From: Eledone cirrhosa
Taxonomy: Eukaryota
Length of the DNA stretch: 60,151 bases
NCBI GenBank assembly: GCA_964016885.1
Contig: CAXHJY010000521.1
Location: forward strand, 1-60,151
Direction of reading: 5' to 3'
Shown: positions 15,546-30,614 of the stretch, one piece after another
Layout: each line of letters starts with the position of its first letter
Numbering within the stretch: position 1 is the first letter of the stretch
Program-made: the position numbers and the translations under genes
The notes under the pieces: generated by a model
The model's input: only the letters and a program-made list of their open reading frames with translations
What the model was told of the DNA's origin: nothing
Database searches by the model: none

Positions 15546-15966
15546 TCTCAGGTTGGCCTCAACTTACGTTCCCTATTTTTCCACGGTTACTCATTTGCCT
15601 GTTTCTTTCTCCTGTGTCTTCCCACGGTGGGACTTGTTCATATTTTTTTTTTCCTTTTTCTCCCTTTTTACCCTTCTCTCTTTCTTCATCATTTTCCCCC
15701 TCTGTTCTTCCCCTTTTTCCTTTTTTTTCTCTCCATTTTCTCTCCTTTTCCTCCTGGCTTTTGATGAATAAAAGGCCTTGGGCCCTCCTGATCTCTACAG
15801 ATGTCCTGTAATTCAGCGCCAAAACATCTGATCAGGATATTTTCAGCTGACGAGGGATTCCCCTTCTTTTCTCCTCTCGTTCCATCCTAACCCTAACCCT
15901 AAACCTTGTTTTTAGTAACCACACAGCTCCTTTCGTTTCGTATCATTATATATATATATATAAGAA

Positions 15967-16586
15967 GGCGGTGGATTGGCAGTATCGGTAGAGGGTCAGA
16001 CGCCATGCTAGGGCGGTGGATTGGCAGTATCGGTAGAGGGTCGGACGCCATGCTAGGGCGGTGGATTGGCAGTATTGGTATAGGGTCGGACGCCATGCTA
16101 GGGCGGTGGATTGGCAGTATTGGTAGAGGGTCGGACGCCATGCTAGGGCGGTGGATTGGCAGTATCGGTATAGGGTCGGACGCCATGCTAGGGCGGTGGA
16201 TTGGCAGTATCGGTATAGGGTCGGACGCCATGCTAGGGCGGTGGATTGGCAGTATCGGTAGAGGGTCGGACGCCATGCTAGGGCGGTGGATTGGCAGTAT
16301 CGGTAGAGGGTCGGACGCCATGCTAGGGCGGTGGATTGGCAGTATCGGTATAGGGTCGGACGCCATGCTAGGGCGGTGGATTGGCAGTATCGGTAGAGGG
16401 TCGGACACCATGCTAGGGCGGTGGATTGGCAGTATCGGTAGAGGGTCGGACGCCATGCTTTGATGTATAGAGTTACGGCCCGTGCCATTCTGAGTTCAAA
16501 TCCCGCCTTTCATCCTTACGCGGTCGATAAAATAAAATACCAGTAATGTACAGCGTAATTGCTGGCCTTGTGCCAAACGTAGAAAC

Positions 16587-16588
<2 letters not shown>
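15967..16588 (+). mobile_element. SINE family 1 with its 45-bp 5' head tandemly repeated 11 times
   Basis: GGGCGGTGGATTGGCAGTATCGGTAGAGGGTCGGACGCCATGCTA x11 (15967-16460), then B-box, core and tail. Confidence 0.9.
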
Positions 16589-16645
<57 letters not shown>

Positions 16646-17029
16646 TGATGAAGGACAAACTTTTTTCATATATATATATATATATATCTATATATAAACA
16701 AATTTTAGTTTTTAATTTTTTTACTTGACTCACTAGCTCTATACGGACGTTTAAATTGAATAAATAAATATGCATATATATATATATGTGTACATATATA
16801 TACATATATATATATTCGTTTTTAAAGTTGTTTTGCGAGATTTTTTATCTGAAAACCTGAGTGGAATACCAATATCACAACTAGTAATTAAGGACAAAAC
16901 AAATCAGACACACAGATAGAACAAACAACCAGCTAGTGACAAGGAAATGAACACATAGATAAATAAATAAGAATACACACACTCTCGAATGTAACGCATG
17001 GGCAAACTAAGCACTCAATACACAACACA

Positions 17030-17645
17030 CATAGAAGTGGTTGATAGCTTCCAGTACCTAGGTGTTCAGATTAGCATGGGAGGGGGCGGTGCTCCGAGGC
17101 CAAAGTATCTTGAATAAGGACGGGTTGGAAGAAGTTTAGGCAGCTGCTTCCTCTGTTGACAAAGAAGGGTTTCTCCCTGCATACGAAAGGCCGGTTATAT
17201 GATGCCTGTGTGAGGAGCGCGATGCTGCATGGTAGTGAGACATGGGCAGCAACTGCAGAGGATATGCGACGGCTGGAGAGAAATGAAGCAAGTATGCTCT
17301 GTTGGATGTGCAATGTCAATGTGCATGAACAACCAAGCATAGACGAGTTAAGAAAGAAACTGGGTATAAGAGGGATAAGTTGTGGTGTGCAGGAGAGAAG
17401 ACTCAGATGGTATGGACATGTGAAGTGTATGGAGGATAACCGCTGGGTAAAGAAGAGCCAAGAAATCCCAGTAGAAGGAAGACAGTAGAGGAAGACCACG
17501 AAAAACATGGGCAGAGGTGGTGAGAACAGACCTCAGATCGCAGAAACTCACGGAGGAGAAGATGAAGGACCGTGACAAGTGGAGAGATGCTGTGCTGAAT
17601 AGGACCCGTCCCACCCTTGCAAGCAGGGAGAAGCGGACATCAAAT
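17030..17645 (+). mobile_element. 5'-truncated RTE LINE (RT C-terminus and short 3' UTR)
   Basis: FQYLG, KGRLYDACVRSAMLHGSETW, RRLRWYGHV, GRPRKTW motifs. Confidence 0.92.
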
Positions 17646-20224
17646 GTGTGTTTTTTTGTCGTGACACCTACACAACCTCATTTGTTTCGGACTGGACGTT
17701 GTAGTACCAACATAACTTTACATTGAAAGGGGTGGTGTGGATTGGGGGGGGGGTTATTTTGTTAGAGGTGCCTACTGACTGTAGGTTTCACTTTGTACTT
17801 AGGCAAGGCAGGTCTTCTGTATTACTGTGTAGCGCCAAAGATCTCAGTCCACTGACATTGTCTTGGAGAGGCGTAAATGTGTGAGGCCGGAATTTATCAA
17901 GTCGTCCCAGGATTTTCTGGGTCTGCCTACTCCGTGGCTACCGTCTATTTTTATTGCCCTGCACTTTTTTATACAGTTGTCGTCTTTTATGCGCATCACG
18001 TGACCATACCAACGTAGTCTTCTCTCGAGTAAACAACACCTGATCCCTCTTATTTCTAATTTTTCCCTTAGTTCGTTTATGCTTTGCCGTTCACGTATAT
18101 TACTATTACACATCCAGCGGAGCATGTAAGCTTCGTTCCTCTCCAGTCTGCATATATCCTCTGCACACAATGCCCAGGTCTCACTGCCATGTAACATTGC
18201 TGTTCGTATGCAGGCATCATACAACCTGCCTTTCATTTTTAGAGAGAACCCTTTAGCGGCTAATAGTGGTATAAGCACTCTGAACTTTTTCCATCCAGTT
18301 CTGACTCTAGCTACTGTACTTTCAGAGCACCCTCCACCACTGCTGATTTTGTCACCCAAGTAACGGAAGGTGTCCACTATTTCTATAGAACCATCTGTGC
18401 AATGGAATGAGCTAGTATTCTGTGGGCACTTGCTGCTACTTATTGCACCAGAGCACCGGCCACATATAAAATCTATGTTCTTAGTTAGCTTACCTGTGAT
18501 CCCACTACATCTTTTATGCACCCATACTTTACATTTGGGACATAAAATGGAGTTTCTACCTACTCCTTTCCTACACACTGAGCATGGCCATTTCCCGGAT
18601 GGGACCGGTGCCCTATTTTCCTTCCTACAAACTAGAACTTTAGTCTTAGACAGGTTAATTTTAAGGCCTTTTGATTCTAGGCCATGCTTCCATGTTTGGA
18701 ATTTCTTCTCTAGTTCGGCCATTGATTCAGCTATGAGCGTTAGATCATCTGCATATAGGAGTTCCCATGGGCAGCCGGTCTTGAACTCCACTGTTATAGC
18801 CCAAAGGGCAATAATAAATAGTAGGGGGCTAAGAACGGAGCCCTGATGAACACCAACTTTTACGCTAAACTCTTCACTATATTCGTTGTTAATTCTAACC
18901 TTGCTGACTGTTTCTTTATACACGGCTTGTATAGCTCTCACAAGCTATTCATAAACACCTAGTTTTCTAAGAGCCCACCAGATAATGGAACGGGGTACTC
19001 TGGCAAATGCTTTCTCCAAGTCGACAAAAGCTAAGTATAGAGGTTTACTTTTAGCTAGGTACTTCTCCTGTAGTTATCGTACAATGAAAAGAGCGTCTGT
19101 GGTACTTTTACCTGACACAAACCCGAACTGCATTTCATCTAGATCAATTCTCTCTCTGATTAGTTGCGCTATTGCTTTTTCTGTGACCTTAATGACCTGG
19201 TTGATTAATTTAATGCCTCTATAGTTACTCCTATCTAGGGCATCTCATTTACCCTTGTAGCAGTTAATGATGATGCTGCTATGCCAGTCCTTCGGAACAA
19301 CCCCATTCTGTATGACTTGGTTTACTATCCGGGTGACCATGGTGTGTCCCACCATTCCAGAAGCTTTTAGCATTTCAGCAACTATTTCCGAAGGCCCAGC
19401 CGCCTTACCCGTCTTCATATCTTTCATTGCCTTACTTATTATACTACCTTCGACTAACACTACTGGTCCCTCTATTGGAACGATGTGGGGGAGACTGTCT
19501 TTCTCCCATTTATTCTCCTCATTTAGTAGCCTTTCGTAGTGACACTTCCAAGCTACCTTCTTATCAGCGTCAGTGATGGCAAGTACACCATCATCATTAA
19601 GGACACACTTCTCCCTGACAATATCACGGTTTTCCTTGACACACTGCCTAGCAATCCTGAACACCTCATGTTTTTGGTCCTCGCATTGTAGAACATGCTT
19701 GAACTTTCTTTCCTCTGCTTCCCTTCTTGCGAAGTAAACTTGTCTCCTAGCTTCCCTCCGAGCCACTTGATAGTCTTCTCTACTTCCCCCATCCCGCCAT
19801 ATTTTCCAAGCCTGCTTTTTGGCCTTAATTGACTCCTCCACCTTACTGTTCCACCACCATGTTACTCTCCTCCTGCCTATAGGCCTGCTCCAGCCACAGA
19901 CTTCGTCTGCCGCCTTCAGCAGGTTTGCTTTCAGGAATTCACACTGTTCCTCTATATTGTACGACTCTAAATGCTGTCGAAAGCATCAAGTAATATGCTT
20001 TTAAATTTATTTCTGGCTGTGGGATCCTTTAGTTTCCATATTTTCTCCTGAGGAGAGTCCTCTTCTGTTGTCGAGTATGTCCCGTCCTGACTATGAGATC
20101 GCTAATTATCAGTCTATGTTGGGAGGTGCATTCTTCATGGGGGAGGGATTTAGTGTTTACAACAGACACTCTGTCACGTCTTCTGGTTAGGATATAATCT
20201 ACCTGGCTTGTGTGTTCTCCGGAT
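17646..20224 (-). mobile_element. Decayed RTE-clade LINE (end of APE, RT with PHD-like insert, 3' UTR)
   Basis: CTPQHRL-like APE end, WWNSKV, YKGK*D..NYRGIKL, FVDLAKAF-type motif, GVHQGSVLSPLLF, LYADDL, FRYLG, RRLRWYGHV; stops and frameshifts. Confidence 0.95.
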
Positions 20225-21137
<913 letters not shown>

Positions 21138-21214
21138 GTAGTCTTCCTCTATATGTACGTATGTCAATTATCTGGAAAATGATTGCAAGATTAAATTCCA
21201 CATTAACTGCTTTG

Positions 21215-21216
21215 GA

Positions 21217-21247
<31 letters not shown>

Positions 21248-23178
21248 AGCAACAACAGCAACATTGAGTACAACAGCTACAGCTGCAATAAAAACAACAG
21301 CAACAACAACAGCAGCAGCAACACCAACATTGAGTACAACAGCAGCAGCTGCAATAACAACAGCAACACCACTATCACAACCACCAACAACAACACCACT
21401 ATCACAACCAACACCACTACCACAACCACTATCACAATCACCAACAACAACAACACCACTATCACAACCAACACCACTACCACAACCACTATCGCAACCA
21501 CCAACAACAACAACACCACTATCACAACCACCAACACCACTATCACAACCACCAACAACAACAACACCACTATCACAACCACCAACACCACTATCACAAC
21601 CACCAACAACAACAACACCACTATCACAACCACCAACAACAACACCACCACTATCACAACTAACAACAACACTACCACAACCAACACCACTACCACAACC
21701 ACTACCAACAACAACACCACTACCACAACCAACAACAACACCACTACCACTACCACAACCAACAACAACAACACCACTACCACAACCAACACCACCAGCA
21801 CAACTAACAACACCACCACCAACAACTACACCACTACCACAACTAACAACACCACAACCAACAACACCACCACCACCACAGCCAACAACACCACCACCAC
21901 TACCACCACCACCAACACCACCACCACCACCACAGCCAACAACACCACCACCACCACTACCACCACCACAGCCAACAACACCACCACCACCACAGCCAAC
22001 AACACCGCCACCACCACAGCCAACAACACCACCACCACCACTACCACCACCACAGCCAACAACACCACCACCACCACTACCACCACCACAGCCAACAACA
22101 CCACCACCACCACAGCCAACAACACCACCACCACCACTACCACCACCACAGCCAACAACACCACCACCACCACAGCCAACAACACCACCACCACCACTAC
22201 CACCACCACAACCAACAACACCGCCACTACCACCACAGCCAACAACACCACCAACACCACCACAGCCAACAACACCACCACCACCACTACCACCACCACA
22301 GCCAACAACACCACCACCACCACAGCCAACAACACCACCACCACCACTACCACCACCACAGCCAACAACACCACCACCACCACAGCCAACAACACCACCA
22401 CCACCACTACCACCACCACAGCCAACAACACCGCCACTACCACAACCAACAACACCACCACCACCACCACAGCCAACAACACCACCACTACCACCACCAC
22501 AGCCAACAACACCACCACCACTACCACAACCAACAACAACACCACCACCACCACCACCAACAACACCACCACCACCACAGCCAACAACACCACCACCACT
22601 ACCACCACCAACAACAACACCACCACCACCAACAACAACACCACCACCACCACCACAGCCAACAACACCACCACCACTACCACCACCAACAACAACACCA
22701 CCACCACCACAGCCAACAACACCACCACCACTACCACCACCAACAACAACACCACCACCACCACAGCCAACAACACCACCACCACTACCACCACCAACAA
22801 CAACACCACCACCACCACAGCCAACAACACCACCACCACTACCACCACCAACAACAACACCACCACCACCACAGCCAACAACACCACCACCACTACCACC
22901 ACCAACAACAACAACACCACCACCACCACCAACACCACCACCACCACCACAGCCAACAACACCACCACCACTACCACCACCAACAACAACACCACCACCA
23001 CCACAGCCAACAACACCACCACCACTACCACCACCAACAACAACACCACCACCACCACAGCCAACAACACCACCACCACCACCAACAACAACACCACCAC
23101 CACCACCACCACAGCCAACAACACCACCACCACCACTACCACCACCACAGCCAACAACAATAACAACAACAGCAACAA
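21215..23178. repeat. (CAC/CAA)n trinucleotide array with 21-33-bp higher-order units
   Basis: ACAGCCAACAACACCACCACC.. reiterated. Confidence 0.95.
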
Positions 23179-23498
23179 ATATATAAATAAATATTAGAGC
23201 AATGGAGGTATTAATGAGAACGATAAATTATAGAAATTTGTACGGCTTCCATGTGGAATTGAAACTGTGACAATTGTTTCTCTGGTGAACATTGGTTGTG
23301 AAGAGATTGCTGGCCAGCCAATCAACTGTCGCCATTGTGGTTGTGAAGAGATTGCTGGCCAACCAATCAACTGTCGCTATTGTTATACATTGAATGACAC
23401 TCATGAAACCTTACAACTGTACTAACGTTTCCTCCATTGTTTACCATTGTATACACAGACACATATATATATATACATATAAAGACATATATACATGC

Positions 23499-23531
<33 letters not shown>

Positions 23532-23532
23532 C

Positions 23533-24145
23533 ATGGTGGCTGCCAACTCGTTTTCGAGTACGGCCACTACTTTATATCCATGTAGGAGAACTCCTATCGA
23601 TGCGCTGAACGAGTGTGACCTTTTAGTCCAGCCAGCGTCTTGAAAACTCTGATACAAACACTACACTTGTGACAATTATTGACACATAGTGCTGGGCCCA
23701 TGGTACCACGTGACGACAAGTGCAGAGAGATCTCCAGATATAAAGCAATGCCTGTGCCGTGAAGCTTTTATAGTGAGCAAAGGCACTGCACAAAGCCAGT
23801 CCCACTCTCTTAACCAAGATAATCTTTACCAAAAAGAAGAACAAGTCAACATCATTGGATACCATCAGGATTGCAGGTGTTATATAAGAGTTTTCCTTCT
23901 CCTAGAATTCTGCCTTGACAAAGGCTAAGGGGTCATCTCTCCCGGTGATTTTGGATGGCCATTGACTCTTAAGAGCTCCTTTTCCTTTTGACAGGTTTTG
24001 TTTTTAGTCCTGCAGGATGTCCAAAGTCACCCTCCTCACCAAGAAACCTTGGTGGGGTTGCCAGTTTAGTTGCCAGCAACCCGACCATGAGACAGGTTGT
24101 ACCGGGATACATGTTACCAGTAGCACCAACTGGTGACCTGACATA
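23533..24145 (-). mobile_element. Non-autonomous bipartite RTE derivative (5' UTR fused to 3' end), copy 1
   Basis: 5' part homologous to 32421-32870; 3' part has a C2H2 remnant and the ACTCG-AAAA-CGAGT hairpin. Confidence 0.82.
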
Positions 24146-24183
<38 letters not shown>

Positions 24184-24196
24184 GCATACATATAAA

Positions 24197-24755
24197 CATG
24201 GTGGCTGCCAACTCGTTTTCGAGTACGGCCACTACTTTATATCTATGTAGGAGAACCCCTACCGATGCGCTGAACGAGTGTGACTTTTTAGTCCAGCCAG
24301 CGTCTTGAAAACTCTGGTACAAACACTACACTTGTGACAATTATTGACACAGTGCTGGGCCCATGGTACCATGTGACGACAAGTGCTGAGAGATCTCCAG
24401 ATATAAAGCAATGCCTGTGCCGTGAAGCTTTTATAGTGAGCAAAGGCACTGCACAAAGCCAGTCCCACTCTCTTAACCAAGATGATATTTACCAAAAAGA
24501 AGAACAAGTCAACATCATTGGATACCATCAGGGTTACAGGTGTTATATAAGAGTTTTCCTTCTCCTAGAATTCTGCCTTGACAAAGGCTAAGGGGTCATC
24601 TATCCCGGTGATTTTGGATGGCCATTGACTCTTAAGAGCTCCTTTGCCCTTTGACAGGTTTTGTTTTTAGTCCTGCAGGATGTCCAAAGTCACCCTCCTC
24701 ACCAAGAAACCTTGGTGGGGTTGCCAATTTAGTCGCCAACGACACGACTATGAGA
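24197..24755 (-). mobile_element. Bipartite RTE derivative, copy 2 (tandem)
   Basis: Near-identical to copy 1; CSVCTRVFKTLAGLKSHTRSAH. Confidence 0.82.
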
Positions 24756-24911
24756 CATATGTATATATACATACATGCATATCTACATGCATACATATAT
24801 ACATACATGCATACATACATGCATACATATATACATACATGCATATATATATAGATATATATCTACAATCATACAAATATACATACATACATACATATAA
24901 ATATATATATC

Positions 24912-25075
24912 AATGATATTAATAAATGGAAACTATATTTATAAAACCATATTTATTCTATTATATATATTTCAAGGGTACCCTAACTTTGGTACGCTCT
25001 CATCAGATAAAATACAAAGTTTGTTTTATAAATATTGACATATCCAGGAATCAGACCTTAACAGTTCAAGTTCCG
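24912..25075 (-). mobile_element. PLE end fragment with family B hammerhead (24956-25012)
   Basis: Matches 12814-12973; CTGATGA..GAAATATATATAATAGAA on the minus strand. Confidence 0.8.
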
Positions 25076-25204
25076 TCTGGATAGTGAAAGGAAAGAGGAA
25101 GAAAGGAAAAAACAAATATTTCAAATTATTTTGATGAATATGCAAATGAAGTTGAAGCGTAGGGCTGAAAAAGATCGTTATTTTTAAAAGCAGAAGACTA
25201 AGAA

Positions 25205-25401
25205 TTATAGAGAGATCGCTTAATCGCCTAATGCGGTCCCTAGGGCATTGAAAATTCGAATTTCTTTTGCGCAGAACACTCCCTGAAACATACGTATTAC
25301 ATCTGTAAAGTTTGAAAACAGTCGGTTGGGTGCTTCTCTAGTTTTAGGGATTCAAACTCACACACACACAGACAGACATCCTCAGTTTTATATATATAGA
25401 T
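25205..25401 (+). mobile_element. Possible non-autonomous Helitron/Helentron-like element end
   Basis: AAAGTTTGAAAACAGTCGGTTGG..ACAGACAGAC..TTTTATATATATAGAT resembles such ends (pattern recognition only). Confidence 0.35.
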
Positions 25402-25947
25402 AACACACGTATTAATTTGTTTACATTTCTAAGTTACGAAGGATGTTGAGTTTACATTTTAAATATATAGTTAAGAAAAAAAAACGTAGTTCAAATTTTA
25501 AGAGAAGAACATTTTGTACATTCAAATAGTTTCATAAAAAATTGGAAATATTTACAGAAAATGATTAAGTTAGCGAAATTACATAGAATTTAACATACTA
25601 GTTATTATGTCCATTTTTGCTCAATTGTAAAGGAAAAGATAACTCCAATATTATTTGTTAAACTATTAAAATTAGATTTGATGAATAATTTTCTTAGAAA
25701 ATGCGGAAAGTATGTAGAGAAAATTATATATTATTTTGTGTGAGATTATAAGGTATTTTATATTACATGTTTTCAAGGATGAGAATTTCAATTATATATT
25801 ATCTACGTCGAAAGATGTGTGAAAAGTTTGAAAATTAACAGAAGAAAAAAAAATATTATTAGATAAGTCAAGAGTGCATTTAGAAAAACTATCGTAAAGA
25901 GGATATCATTCAAAATATCAATTAAAAAGTATCAATCTAAAAAAATA

Positions 25948-27671
25948 CATTAAGAACCTAACCCATAATTCCTTTGTGGATGACTTGAAACTCTATGCCA
26001 AGAACATAGATGGGATGAAGAAAAATCTTGATCTAGTTATTTTTAAAGGATATAGGAATGGATTTTGGCAAAGATAAATGCTCATATATGACTGTAAAGC
26101 GGGGATAAACAACAATCCAATCTAGCAACATTGTCATCAATGGCCTAACTGTTTCACCGATATCTGACGAGGACTGCTACAGATACCTGGGGATAGATGA
26201 GAACATATCCTATATTGGTATTTGTAATAAGTAATGCGTAACCAGGGAATATTATACCCGATTAAGAAAAATATGGTCATCGGAACTCTCTGCGCACAAT
26301 AAAACAGTGGCTCACAATGTGTTTGCTGTGCCTGTCCTAACACCAACGTTTGGAATACTCAATTGGACAATAGACGAAATCCGAGCAATTGGTGTTAGAA
26401 CTTGAAAAATACGAAACAACATCGGAAACTTCCACATGAACAATGATATAGACCGCCTCTACTTGAAACGTAATCAGGGAGGCAGAGGCCTAACATCAGT
26501 CCAGACAACATTTACGAACCTCGAAGCATAGGAGCCCATCTCTCGAGTTGGGAAGGAACTCCTTGAAAGATATTCCCTGCATGATAATCAAAAACTCACA
26601 CTCAGCAGTACCGAAGTGAATCCACGGATGAAAAACTGCATGCTTATCAGCAAAACATCAGGCATGGATATGTTGCCAGGAAGCTCCAGAGTGAGAGTAA
26701 TATAGATAAGGAAAGTAGTCTATCTTGGACCAACAACTGCTATATTGGCTCCCACTTTGAAGGATACGCTTTTGCAATCCAAGAACAGTAAATCAACACA
26801 AAATACCTGCTTTGCAAAAGAGATAGGGATGCAGGCAAAACACCTAGATGTGATAACAAGTGCAGACTCTGCAGAATTAACAACAAAGATGTCACCCATG
26901 TCATAAACAGCTGTCCAAAGATGTCATCGCAGTACTATCTACCTATGAGGCATGATGTAGTGGCCAAAATAATGTACAATGCAATATGTAGAAAAGATAG
27001 CCCCGACAATAAACACATTAAAAACTACAGCAATGTGGAAGACATATATTAATAATATGAAAGAGTACTGGTGGAATGTTCCAGTAAAAACCCCAATAAA
27101 ATGCAGGTATAACAGACCAGATATGATATGGGACAGGGAGAAGGCATGCACAGTAGTGGAAGTTAGCTGCCCAGCAGATGCCAATATAATATCAAAGATT
27201 AGCGAAAAGGAGAATATTTATGCAGAACTGATGAGAAATCTGCAGATACTCCACCCTGATTACACCTTCAGATTTATGCCTGTGATTATTGGGGGACTGG
27301 GGTATGTTAGTAACTGTCTCAATACAAATCTTGAGAAGCTGGACTTCACAGGAACAGAAATAACACAACTAGTTAGGAAATTACAAGTACAATCCATTAA
27401 TGGAACAGGAAAAATATGTAAAACATTCCAAAAAATGTGCATCTAATAACTGCATATACACATGTACAGATACAAAGCATATACACATGCACACATACAA
27501 CTCAAAACATCCACATCCACACATACAATAACATCCATATCTACACATGCATGCATACATACATATCTACCTAGTTGATATTGTGTAAATTCCAATGAGA
27601 GAGTCTTGTGTCTATGTTAGAAACCGACTCTCTCTCTATTGGGAAAACTTTGTGAAATTATAAAACCAGAA
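25948..27671 (+). mobile_element. 5'-truncated R4/Dong-type non-LTR element (RT, CCHC, restriction-like endonuclease), decayed
   Basis: FVDDLKLYA, IGMDFGKDKC, YRYLGIDE, RLYLKRNQGGRGL, AIQEQ, CRLC..H..SC, RHD, NRPDM..EVSCP. Confidence 0.92.
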
Positions 27672-27843
27672 CATACATACATACATACATACATACATAC
27701 ATACATACATACATACATACATACATACATACAGACTGTATGTGATTGCGGCAATTATTTACTATCACATAGGGTCTGTTTGAAAATAACGCACCAGTGA
27801 TATTCTGTAGTTGATCTAATCGATTACACATTTTTCCACAATT

Positions 27844-28164
27844 GTAGTATTTATATTAGAATTCACTACAAGGTGCTGTTTATGTTTCCCGGAGAAATAT
27901 AAGATTCTAATACAGCCTTACGCAATTTTCAACAAAGGAACTGAAACGTTGAAAGCCTGCAGACACACTTAGCAATATTTAGTATAGAATTTGCCAACTA
28001 CAAACTGTCGCATTCTTTAAGGGTATGTCAATATTTGTTTTTAAAACTGATCTATATTATATTTTATCTGATGAAAGCGCACCATAATTTGCTTTGGTGT
28101 CCTTGAAATATGTATAATGAAATAAATATGGTTTTATAAATATAGTTTCCATTTCTTAATATAT

Positions 28165-28195
<31 letters not shown>

Positions 28196-28448
28196 TTATA
28201 TATATACACATATTTATATATTTATATATATACAAACACATGGCGTATGCAATACGATTATATATATACAAATATAGAGAGAGTAGTATTTATATTAGAA
28301 TTCACTACAAGGTGCTGTTTATGTTTCCCGGAGAAATATAAGATTCTAATACAGCCTTACGCAATTTTCAACAAAGGAACCGAAATGTTGAAAGCCTGCA
28401 GACACACTTAGCAATATTTAGTATAGAATTTGCCAACTACAAACTGTC
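27844..28448. repeat. 166-bp direct repeat (27844-28009/28283-28448) around a hammerhead fragment
   Basis: Two nearly identical copies. Confidence 0.9.
28062..28122 (+). ncRNA. Type I hammerhead (family B')
   Basis: TTTTAT-CTGATGA-AAGC-GCACCA..TGGTGT-CCTT-GAA-ATATGTAT-A-ATGAAA. Confidence 0.8.
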
Positions 28449-28735
28449 CATAGCATGAAAGAGGTTCATAATATTATAAAAATAAACACATTAATTTATA
28501 CATCAACTCTAAAACTTGAAGGCTATCCAGTTTCCTTGTATATACTCATATGAAAGACGTTTTTTCGCATGTGAATAAATGATGATATCGCATGTCCTAT
28601 ATAAGACAATTGAATGGCTGACAGATCCATTTACTGATATTTCATCAAGCTACCTCCTTACTTTAAACGTTTCTATATTAATGGGTAACATGAGGACCAG
28701 AGACACAGCACAAGCTTCTCTTTCTAATAACATAC

Positions 28736-28779
28736 ACACATATAGGTATATATATATATATATGTGTGCATGTGTGTAT

Positions 28780-28868
<89 letters not shown>

Positions 28869-29683
28869 CATACATACATGCACACACGCACACATACATA
28901 TATATATATGCATACATACACATACATACATATATATATACAAACATACATAAATACATACATACACATACATATATATATACAAACATACATAAATACA
29001 TACATACATACATACATATACATACATATATATATACAAGCATACATAAATACACACATACATAAATATATACACATACATACATATATATATATATATA
29101 CAAACATACACAAATACACACATACATAAATATATACACATACATACATATATATATATATATATACAAGCATACATAAATACACACATACATAAATACA
29201 CACATACATAAATACACACATACATAAATACATACATACATACATACACACACATACATATGTATATACACACATACATAAATACACACATACATAAATA
29301 CATACACATACATATATATATATATATATATACAAACATACACAAATACACACATACATAAATACACACATACATAAATACACACATACATAAATACATA
29401 CACATACATACACATACATACATACATATATATATACACACATACATAAATACACACATACATAAATACATACATACATAAATACATACATACACATACA
29501 TACATATATATATATATATATACAAACATACACAAATACACACATACATAAATACACACATACATACATAAATAAATAAATACACACATACATAAATACA
29601 CACATACATAAATACATACATACATACACATACATACATATATATATACAAACATACACAAATACACACATACATAAATACAC

Positions 29684-29714
<31 letters not shown>

Positions 29715-29961
29715 CAAACATACACAAATACACACATACATAAATACACACATACATAAATAAATAAATACACACATACATAAATACACACATACATAAA
29801 TACATACATACATACACATACATACATATATATATACAAACATACACAAATACACACATACATAAATACACACATACATAAATACATACATACATACACA
29901 TACATACATACATATATATATACAAACATACACAAATACACACATACATAAATACACACAT

Positions 29962-29993
<32 letters not shown>

Positions 29994-30367
29994 AAACATA
30001 CACAAATACACACATACATAAATACACACATACATAAATACATACATACATACACATACATACATACATACATATATATACAAACATACACAAATACACA
30101 CATACATAAATACACACATAAATAAATAAATACACATACAGACAGGCAGACATACAGGCAGACACATACATATATATATACATATATATATATACACACA
30201 CATATATATATATATATATATACATTTATGTACATACATGTGTGCATTGAAGCTGGAAAAGAGGTTGACAAAAAAAAAAAACCCCACAAAAAACCAAACA
30301 AACATCAAATCATTGTTACTTTAGGTTTAAGTTGTCTTCCAGAAGATTCTCGTTTTTTCAGGGGAGA

Positions 30368-30401
<34 letters not shown>

Positions 30402-30557
30402 CTGTCTGTGTGGGATGGGGAGAGGTTGTGTATATATATATATAAATATAGTGATATATATCTATGTGTATATATATATAAAGAGAGAGTGAGATAACTA
30501 GATAGATAGATATGTGTGTATGTATATATATATATATATATATATATAAACACAAAC

Positions 30558-30614
<57 letters not shown>

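Noticed and set aside
15885-15903. Telomeric CCCTAA repeats
   Set aside because: Only about 3 units; insufficient for an interstitial telomere call
15967-16460. CRISPR-like array, or 185-aa repeat proteins
   Set aside because: No unique spacers; the unit is a SINE head; eukaryotic context
16642-16667. ATCACTGATGAAGGAC, and a similar ATCACTGATGAGGGAC at 52403-52418 (-), as hammerheads
   Set aside because: No GAAA, stem III or stem I partner downstream; at most truncated 5' halves
21161-23197. 678-aa Thr/Asn mucin-like and 640-aa Pro-rich ORFs
   Set aside because: Trinucleotide array open in multiple frames on both strands; no signal peptide or domain
23292-23383. Two-copy tandem duplication of about 46 bp
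   Set aside because: Ordinary local duplication with no further structure
24055-24120. HDV-like ribozyme fit in the bipartite RTE 5' end
   Set aside because: L3 too short, P1 poor, and the proposed P2 is not conserved in the 32.4 kb LINE
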